From positions 1,718 through 65,717 of the IMG/VR virus record IMGVR_UViG_3300027668_000016: DNA of 64,000 bases, one strand, 5' to 3'. Both the position numbers and the translations under genes were made by a program. Origin of the DNA: a virus. Its lineage: Duplodnaviria > Caudoviricetes. Every line of letters begins with the position of its first letter. The first letter of the stretch is position 1. Below are positions 57,460-64,000 of this stretch, piece by piece. The notes beneath the pieces are model-generated. The model was not told the origin of the DNA, did not search any database, and saw nothing but the letters and a program-made list of their open reading frames with translations.

Positions 57460-58248
57460 TTATTTAATTTTTATGTTTAATTTAATCCACCCACGATTGG
57501 GAATATAATCTTTATGGTCACTATAGTTAGATACTTCAATTGATTCTACAATTTCATCAACACTCATCCCTGTTAGGTGTTTAATATTTAAACAAGTATC
57601 CGAATCTTCTTTAGGGTTAACCAACCCATTAACTCTATTATCTTTTATATTATAACCAGCTTGTCTGAATTGTGATTGATTAACTGTGAATATATTCCAT
57701 TCATCGGTCATATGGTCTATGAATACATCTACTGCTAATTTGATTGGTTGGTATTTAGCTATTAACTTATCTACGCTGGATTGGTTGATGAGGTATGCAT
57801 GTGCTCCCCAACCACCATGTCCATACAATACTCTGGAAATCAGTTTGGTTTCAGCCATACCGGTTATATATTTTTCATGCTTACCTAAGTATATAACATC
57901 CCAATCTAATTTATCTATATCTAATTGTAACTTTTCTAATTCGTAGGATGGTGTATAAACTGCATCATCTTCCAATATTAATCCAATACTCTCTCCACTT
58001 TCTTTAAATTCGGTCCATGCCTTAATGTGTGATAACGAACATCCAATGATATTTTTATTTAGAATACCAGATGGGTCGTAGAATGATTCGTTAAGAACAC
58101 CAGCCTTTATAAGTTTGGATACATTTATATCGGAGCCAGGTACGGCATCAATAAATGTGTAATCTAACCAATCCATAGTAGATACTATATTATTACGTCT
58201 ATCAGTTCTATTTAAGAGTGATATAATATAAGTTTTCCAATTTTTCAT
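57460..58248 (-). CDS. Glycosyltransferase family 25
   Basis: YIISL..RTDRR, FIDAV.G, IGCSLSH..W, LILEDDA, WDVIYLG, AHAYLIN, VD. Confidence 0.9.
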   Translation of the reverse strand: MKNWKTYIISLLNRTDRRNNIVSTMDWLDYTFIDAVPGSDINVSKLIKAGVLNESFYDPSGILNKNIIGCSLSHIKAWTEFKESGESIGLILEDDAVYTPSYELEKLQLDIDKLDWDVIYLGKHEKYITGMAETKLISRVLYGHGGWGAHAYLINQSSVDKLIAKYQPIKLAVDVFIDHMTDEWNIFTVNQSQFRQAGYNIKDNRVNGLVNPKEDSDTCLNIKHLTGMSVDEIVESIEVSNYSDHKDYIPNRGWIKLNIKIK

Positions 58249-58709
58249 TTTTTAGTTTTAAACATTTGGTACTCCGATTTTGTCATACCGAGTTTACATT
58301 GCTTCTTATACCAAAAATATAAATCTTCAGTAGTACCTTTACCTCTTTGTCTTTCTAAGGATTTATCCCAAAGGTCTTTATCGAATTCTTTTTCTAACTC
58401 TAATCTGAGTTCGAATAAACGTTTTTGTTCTTCCTCATTACCAACTTCCATCAACTTCAAACGTTTTACCCTTTTCATTTTAGTACGTTCCATCGCTTCA
58501 TGTCTACGTTCTCCCTCATTGGCTATTAAAATAGTTTTCATTAATTCTTCCACCATTTTATCACCCTCTTTTTCTACTTCTTTGGCCTCTGAGAAGTATG
58601 GGGAATGTTCATAATCACCATTCTGAATTCTCAGTAATAAAGGTTCTGATTTCTTTAATGGTTTCTTACGTTTACCATTTGTGTACCATCTAAATTTGTT
58701 ATATCCCAT
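58245..58709 (-). CDS. Conserved hypothetical protein
   Basis: 154-aa ORF, FRWY...LL.RIQNGDYEHSPY. Confidence 0.6.
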   Translation of the reverse strand: MGYNKFRWYTNGKRKKPLKKSEPLLLRIQNGDYEHSPYFSEAKEVEKEGDKMVEELMKTILIANEGERRHEAMERTKMKRVKRLKLMEVGNEEEQKRLFELRLELEKEFDKDLWDKSLERQRGKGTTEDLYFWYKKQCKLGMTKSEYQMFKTKK

Positions 58710-58710
58710 A

Positions 58711-58896
58711 TTATATACAACTAGTTACAGTATCATAATCCTCAACTGATAGGGTATCAAACCAATCAGATGATAGGTTGATTTCTTCCATTGAGAAATT
58801 ACAATCTTTATTATAACCACCATCCTCATTCTGAGGATGAACACACATATTGGAAGTATCAAATACACTTCTTACTGATTCTAAAATTATTAACAT
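58711..58896 (-). CDS. Hypothetical protein
   Basis: 61-aa ORF. Confidence 0.5.
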   Translation of the reverse strand: MLIILESVRSVFDTSNMCVHPQNEDGGYNKDCNFSMEEINLSSDWFDTLSVEDYDTVTSCI

Positions 58897-59241
58897 AACT
58901 TATTTATTTTTAATTTGACTTAAGGCCAACCGATACTCCATCGCTAGGTCATATTTAGCGGCAGTTAAAGCCACACCCAATTCTAAATGTTCTGAATAGT
59001 TGTGAGCATTTAATTCAATTAATTTATATAGTCTATCGATTAACATAACTTTTTAATTTTTACAATATTATTTTAAAATAACAAAACAGATTGGTGAGGA
59101 CTTTCTTTATTCCAAATAATGGGTGGGTCTCCTCAAGAAGTTGCAACCTCTCTTTACCTATCGTACCAACAAGTTTTTAATCTGTCTGTTACTATTAACA
59201 TAACTTTTCTTCATTTTTCATATCGTACCTTTAAATCTCAT

Positions 59242-59304
59242 TACTATGTAAATATACAACAATAGTGTGAAGAATCCAAATTTCCAATGTTAAGAAATTG
59301 TTAA
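59242..59304 (-). promoter_or_regulatory. Early promoter cassette
   Basis: TTAACAATTTCTTAACATTGGAAATTTGG-N-GTATATTTACATAGTAA. Confidence 0.75.
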
Positions 59305-59349
59305 TTCTTTGTCTTTATTCATAATTTTTTAATTATATAGGCTTTAATG

Positions 59350-59769
59350 CTACCTTTCTACATATAAGTTAGTATGTGCTTCTGTATCCTCACCTCTATA
59401 ATATCCTACATATTGCTTTTTCTTTCTTCCTACAATAAACGGTTTTACCCAATCAAAAAAGTTGTCTATCTCACTATCGTAGTTTTTAAACTCGGTGTGT
59501 AGGTTAATAATCCACCTACCGTTTTCTTCGTAAAATCTACCGCCTTGCATTTCATCATCAAAGTTTGTAGAAAGAAAAAGCATATACCACCGTTCACATT
59601 TAAAAAACGGATGATTAAGTTCAGGCTTAAACACATCTTCTGTGCTAAACAATGCTTTATCGTGTCCTAAGTCACGTTCATTTATTACCCTTTTTAAAAT
59701 GTTCACTACATTTTTAGGTGTATCTTGCTTTAGTTTTACATCAAACTTTAATTCGGTATAGTGTCCCAT
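59350..59769 (-). CDS. Conserved phage hypothetical protein
   Basis: MGHYTE..HPFFKCERW..KNYDSEIDNF.DW..P..GYYR.E pattern. Confidence 0.65.
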   Translation of the reverse strand: MGHYTELKFDVKLKQDTPKNVVNILKRVINERDLGHDKALFSTEDVFKPELNHPFFKCERWYMLFLSTNFDDEMQGGRFYEENGRWIINLHTEFKNYDSEIDNFFDWVKPFIVGRKKKQYVGYYRGEDTEAHTNLYVER

Positions 59770-60418
59770 AATTATATTTTTAGTTGTTCATTAAAAGCGC
59801 ATAACAATGTATAAAAACCATAAATTTATTGCTCCTAATACGTAACCTGTAAATACTGCTGTAATCAAATCAAATCCATTATATTTTTTCATATCTATTT
59901 TTTACTGTTCTTATTCTTAACGTTGTAGCACATTTAGGATATAACCCAAATGCCTATTAAGTCAAGTTCTTGTAATGTCTTTATAGTTATACAAGTTAAT
60001 GCAATTATACCCATCCAAAACCATTGTGCATTTGATGGTGTTGGTAGCATTTGTCTTTCGTCAGTTTTATACCACTTAAAAAAACGTGCTACAACACTGG
60101 CTATATTTTCATTGCTCATAATATTTGTAGTTTAATAATTAGATTCGTTTTAAGGCAACGAAACATAGCCTAGTCATTAGGTACAATAAATTATTCTACC
60201 CAAACTATTTCTTTTGTTCCTACACCACAATTTAAAGATTGTGTCAATTCTTCAATAAATTCTTTTTCAGTTACTTTTCTATATTCTTCATTCTGATTAT
60301 CAAAATCCATAACCATTTTAAAATAGTTAAGAATTGACTTGTCCATTTTTACAATCTGTTTTACCATAATTAAAAGTGCCTAACATTGGCTATAAATAAA
60401 AAACATATTGCGTAAGTT

Positions 60419-60727
60419 TTATTTGTGTTCATACTCTATAATCAAATTTTTAAAGATACCACATAGTTCATATTCCTCTACCTCTTCGTTGTGGGTGATG
60501 AGAGCTTCCATCCAATCTAATCCATACCCATCTACTAAATGCATACTATCTACACCAATTGTGTGATACGATTTTATAAACTCCTGTGTCATTCCTTTAA
60601 GGACTGTGTGGGGAGGTAATTCCCCATATATCCTAACGTAATCATCCATTGAAAGATTACCCATTGCATCCATATAATTAATTTTGGGGAATGTATCCAT
60701 TTTACCATCCCAATTCTCTATATCCAT
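60419..60727 (-). CDS. Hypothetical protein with C-terminal UVR-like EEYELC motif
   Basis: 102-aa ORF. Confidence 0.55.
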   Translation of the reverse strand: MDIENWDGKMDTFPKINYMDAMGNLSMDDYVRIYGELPPHTVLKGMTQEFIKSYHTIGVDSMHLVDGYGLDWMEALITHNEEVEEYELCGIFKNLIIEYEHK

Positions 60728-61065
60728 TATACTTCTTTTAATGTTACAATTGAAAAATTATTAATATCAGTTACCATTTCTATAACGTTGTTGATATCTG
60801 TTCGTTGGAACCAACCTACAGTATCCGCATCGACTTGAAGAATATCTTTAGTTACCCACCTATCGGATTTGGTGTGTAGGATTCCTATCTCAAACGATTG
60901 GAAATCTTCTACTGTTGAAGAGTTCAATCCTTTAGGGGATGACATTGCAAGGTTACCACCTGCTATAATTGAGAGGGTATGTTCCCCAATCTTTTGTAGT
61001 GAAGCTACTCCACCCATATGTGGGAAGAATGTTAAATCTGTGAATGTTTTTATTTCTTGATGCAT
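60727..61065 (-). CDS. Hypothetical protein
   Basis: 112-aa ORF with own promoter. Confidence 0.55.
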   Translation of the reverse strand: MHQEIKTFTDLTFFPHMGGVASLQKIGEHTLSIIAGGNLAMSSPKGLNSSTVEDFQSFEIGILHTKSDRWVTKDILQVDADTVGWFQRTDINNVIEMVTDINNFSIVTLKEV

Positions 61066-61110
61066 AATTTTTAATTTATTTTTTAATATTACTCTGTAAA
61101 TATACGAACA

Positions 61111-61350
61111 CTATTTGGCTAAACGAAATCTATTTGCGGGAGTTGTAAAGTCATCTATTATTTGTTGATGCGTTCTATTACCCACAAGTTCATCCTCGTC
61201 AGATAGATATTGTAAAAACTTGTGCAACTTCTGCTTATAGTAGTACTCAGCGTACCACTCCATCATTTCCCCTATTTCATTCTCATAATGCTCTTCTGGA
61301 ATGTTTGTATTTTCCATATTTTCTTTTAAATACTCTGAACCTGTTATCAT
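61111..61350 (-). CDS. Hypothetical early protein
   Basis: 79-aa ORF behind a promoter cassette. Confidence 0.5.
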   Translation of the reverse strand: MITGSEYLKENMENTNIPEEHYENEIGEMMEWYAEYYYKQKLHKFLQYLSDEDELVGNRTHQQIIDDFTTPANRFRLAK

Positions 61351-61390
61351 AACTTTTATTTTTTAATGATGAGGTTAACTCTAACCCCTT

Positions 61391-61465
61391 TTACTATGTA
61401 AAGATAAGTATAATATTCCATTCTACCAAATCTTATATGTTAATTTTTGTTAAAGTTATTAACAA
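61391..61465 (-). promoter_or_regulatory. Early promoter cassette
   Basis: TTGTTAATAACTTTAACAAAAATTAACAT..TTTGG-N-TATCTTTACATAGTAA. Confidence 0.72.
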
Positions 61466-61591
61466 CAGTTTGTTTACAGTAAACACCATAGTGTAAACAA
61501 CCTAATATTATATTACCTCTGTGTACCACACAAGCCATCAGACGGGTTTCTACCAGGTAAAAAAACCAGCCCCGGTATGAAAACCACTAAA

Positions 61592-61740
61592 GCGCGGTTA
61601 TAATTCATTGATACTCATACGGTTACAAGTAATTGCCCCGCCCCCCCTCTTGTTGGTGACGTATTCACGAATATCATCGGTAACAGAAAGGGTTAGGGGA
61701 TTACAAATTATGAGTAATAAGAAGACTCTACTCGCCGAGC
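61592..61740. ncRNA. Putative long irregular hairpin RNA
   Basis: Nested pairings tactcata/tatgagta, gtaat..cccc/ggggattac, ccct..tgtt/aaca..aggg, tattc/gaata in a non-coding, GC-richer tract. Confidence 0.45.
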
Positions 61741-61755
61741 CTCAAAGCGTATATG

Positions 61756-61986
61756 TGGATGATGAGGGAGTCGAACCCTCTAATGTTATCTAATGTGGCC
61801 TTATCGCCTGATACATCCCAATTCCATTGGTACACCCAGCACTACTGTTTGTTATCACTATACTACAGTACCTCATACATCTGTGGGTATCATTCAGTTT
61901 GAATGATTATTAGTATAACTATCTTCTATTTACTTCTCACGAAGCCACAACGTAGGAGTTCCGATTTTCCTAACTTCTTAATCCCC
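61756..61986 (-). ncRNA. tRNA-like / tmRNA-like structured RNA
   Basis: Perfect T-arm GAGGG TTCGACT CCCTC followed by ATCATCC-A; 5' GGGGAT; long-range pairing TGTGGCTT/AGGCCACA; no anticodon arm. Confidence 0.45.
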
Positions 61987-61988
61987 TT

Positions 61989-62237
61989 CTATCTCACTCC
62001 GGAGTTATCCGTTCCGTAACTTCCTGTGGGAGCGGTGGTTGGTTCTACCTCTTGGGGTAATTCAATACCTTTGATTCTGTTTGTTGCTAATGCCCAAACG
62101 AACATATTTGAGAATAAATCATCATTTGAGAAAGCTTTAATCTCATCATCTGTGATTCCATTCTCTAATTTAAATAACCCTACTAAGATTGGTAGTTGGG
62201 TAATTACTATTTCTTCTTTTATCTTCTTTCTCTTCAT
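61989..62237 (-). CDS. Hypothetical protein
   Basis: 82-aa ORF. Confidence 0.5.
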   Translation of the reverse strand: MKRKKIKEEIVITQLPILVGLFKLENGITDDEIKAFSNDDLFSNMFVWALATNRIKGIELPQEVEPTTAPTGSYGTDNSGVR

Positions 62238-62632
62238 AGCTCCTAACTTTACTGATTTTCCTATAAGTTTCTTTTTAACGTTCCAATACGGATATCTTAG
62301 TATCCCATTGTTTTTGGATAAAGTAATCTAACTTCTCATGAGCTCTATTTACTCCACTAAGGTTATTGTTCTCTACTGCTTTGTTGAGTTCTGATGTCCA
62401 ATACTCTATCTTACCCCAATACCCATTACTATACTCCTTTCTCATAACTTTGCTATTTTTAATCTATATCACTTTTTATTTGAATCTTAGCCATGCTTTC
62501 GTTTGTATTTTTTACAATCTGATTTACTCCCTTGGAATTCAACAGCATCATTAATAGTATCTACTACTTGATATACATCATTATATTCATATAGTCCAAT
62601 TATTCTTAATACTCTTTTCATAACTTATCTCT

Positions 62633-62704
62633 CTTTCTTATTACATAATAAAGATACGATTTTTAATCCACTTTACCAAGCTTTCAATGTTAACAAATTG
62701 TTAA
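62633..62704 (-). promoter_or_regulatory. Early promoter cassette
   Basis: TTAACAATTTGTTAACATTGAAAGCTTGG-N-CGTATCTTTATTATGTAATAAGAAAG. Confidence 0.75.
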
Positions 62705-62943
62705 GGATTCGATGGGTTTGGAAGATAGTAGTAGCGAGAGTAATACCCTATAGTACCAATCTCTGAATCATCATTGTTTATAAACTGAAACCCATTATAG
62801 TTTCCAGAGTTATGAAGTATCCTTCCTACCATAGTAGAGATACCACTCTTAAACCCCATATCAACATACTCATCAGTTCTACCCAATTGCATATTGGCCC
62901 ATTTAACCATCTGTTCTACCTCAACCGTTTTTTTACTCTTCAT
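62701..62943 (-). CDS. Hypothetical early protein
   Basis: 80 aa, ILHNSGNYNGF motif; stop lies inside the next promoter box. Confidence 0.55.
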   Translation of the reverse strand: MKSKKTVEVEQMVKWANMQLGRTDEYVDMGFKSGISTMVGRILHNSGNYNGFQFINNDDSEIGTIGYYSRYYYLPNPSNP

Positions 62944-62953
62944 AATATATTTT

Positions 62954-63493
62954 TTAATTAACTGTGAATATTTTCAATTCTTCTCCAGTAACTCCTTCTT
63001 TCTGAAACGCTTTATCAATTTGTTGCGCTAAGTCAAGGTCAGTAATCTTTTTTACCTCAACTTCATTCATCGTAAATGCTTTGGAGGCCCAAACCTTAGA
63101 GTTAACTGCTTTGTATTGATTCGAATCCATCAAATTGGTGTTATCATACATACTATTAATAGTACCTACCGTTAAGTTAAGTAATATAGTTTCATCAACT
63201 AACTTAACCTTCTTACCAACCCTACTGAATATAGTTAGGTAGGTTTCAAATCCTTTAGGTTTAAATTGAACTGTTTGAATACCACCTCTCTTATAACCAT
63301 TGATGATACTCTCAGGATATTTAGAACATCTATCGTTATCAAAACTTCTACCATCTACAGAGGTCATTCCCAACTTTGTTTTAACTATCCATCTATACTC
63401 ACCCTCACCATTACATTGTGATAGGATATCTACTAACGTTGGTTGAACGGCCATTGCCATTACTAAATTTGGATTCTTTGGAGTCATTCTCAT
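62954..63493 (-). CDS. Hypothetical early protein
   Basis: 179-aa ORF. Confidence 0.6.
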   Translation of the reverse strand: MRMTPKNPNLVMAMAVQPTLVDILSQCNGEGEYRWIVKTKLGMTSVDGRSFDNDRCSKYPESIINGYKRGGIQTVQFKPKGFETYLTIFSRVGKKVKLVDETILLNLTVGTINSMYDNTNLMDSNQYKAVNSKVWASKAFTMNEVEVKKITDLDLAQQIDKAFQKEGVTGEELKIFTVN

Positions 63494-63702
63494 ATCTTAT
63501 CTATTTAATATAGTTAATTCTAATTCTCTCTTTTCGTAAACCTTTACCACTTCGTTGTATCTCTCAACTGCAATGCTCGGATTAACCTCCTTCGCCCCTC
63601 TTAACTCACCACCATACTTTACTGTGATTAAAGAACCACTTAACTCTACCTCATACTTACCAATTGATTTTTTCATATTTTTTAATTTTTAATGTTTAAC
63701 TC

Positions 63703-63796
63703 TTAATAGGGATAACTAACCCCCCTTTCTTATTACATAATAAAGATACGAATAAAAGCCGGAATAACCAAGCTTTCAATGTTAACAAATTGTTAA
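63703..63796 (-). promoter_or_regulatory. Early promoter cassette with leader hairpin
   Basis: TTAACAATTTGTTAACATTGAAAGCTTGG-N-CGTATCTTTATTATGTAATAAGAAAGGGGGGTTAGTTATCCCTATTAA. Confidence 0.75.
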
Positions 63797-64000
63797 GTTA
63801 TTTTGAACTATATCGTAATAGGTAGATTCGCTCTCAGCATACGTTTTAGCCTCACTAAATACACGAAATGATTTAACATCATTCGTATTGATATCGATAC
63901 CATTTGAGAAGTAAGGTATTACTGTCCAAATCTCAATTTCACTTTCATTCACCATAATCATTGTTTTTAAATGGGCCTTAACTCTCAACCCTCTCTCTCT

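Noticed and set aside
61608-61793. 61-aa plus-strand ORF
   Set aside because: TTG start, against the direction of the whole window, and it overlaps structured RNA candidates.
61756-61819. Standard tRNA gene
   Set aside because: It has a T-arm and a partial acceptor stem but no D-stem or anticodon stem-loop; reported as tRNA/tmRNA-like instead.
906-62554. Numerous plus-strand ORFs in the six-frame track
   Set aside because: They are antisense shadows of well-supported minus-strand genes or RNAs and have no recognisable motifs.
1-64000. Stop-codon reassignment
   Set aside because: Conserved genes are full length in the standard code; TAG (39374) and TGA (357) act as stops at tight gene junctions.

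Overview
About 64 kb of an AT-rich, T4-like (myovirus-type) large dsDNA phage genome. Essentially all real genes are on the minus strand, in the standard bacterial code. The host is most likely a Bacteroidota/Flavobacteriia bacterium: promoters have TAnnTTT(G/A) -7 boxes, and there is a T9SS type-B sorting domain, a DUF4494-like gene and clustered D-[ST]-hydrophobic sequons. 1-39 kb holds the head module (prohead protease 5' part, portal, large terminase, probable internal head proteins), a 2085-aa tail fibre with autochaperone, an embedded replication/recombination block (Mre11-Rad50 fusion, primase, T7-type endonuclease I) and baseplate genes (gp6, gp25, gp5-like). 39-53 kb holds a gp55-like sigma factor, HD hydrolase, GroES, ClpP, UvsE, Hsp20, a MoxR AAA+/vWA pair and ThyA. 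53-64 kb is an accessory region of small ORFs driven by repeated promoter cassettes, with RNA genes. The most unusual element is an RNA-only operon at 54.0-54.4 kb: three tRNA-Gly(UCC) genes keep all GlyRS identity bases and show compensatory stem changes but have lost U8, D-loop GG and the TTC T-loop, and they are interleaved with two related hairpin RNAs. Other candidates are a cargo-less T9SS sorting-domain protein, a ~230-nt tmRNA-like RNA beside a long-hairpin RNA, a [ST]-[GAS]-S motif pervading tail proteins, and modular [ILV]xE-linked head polyproteins. All calls come from motif reading; no database search was run.
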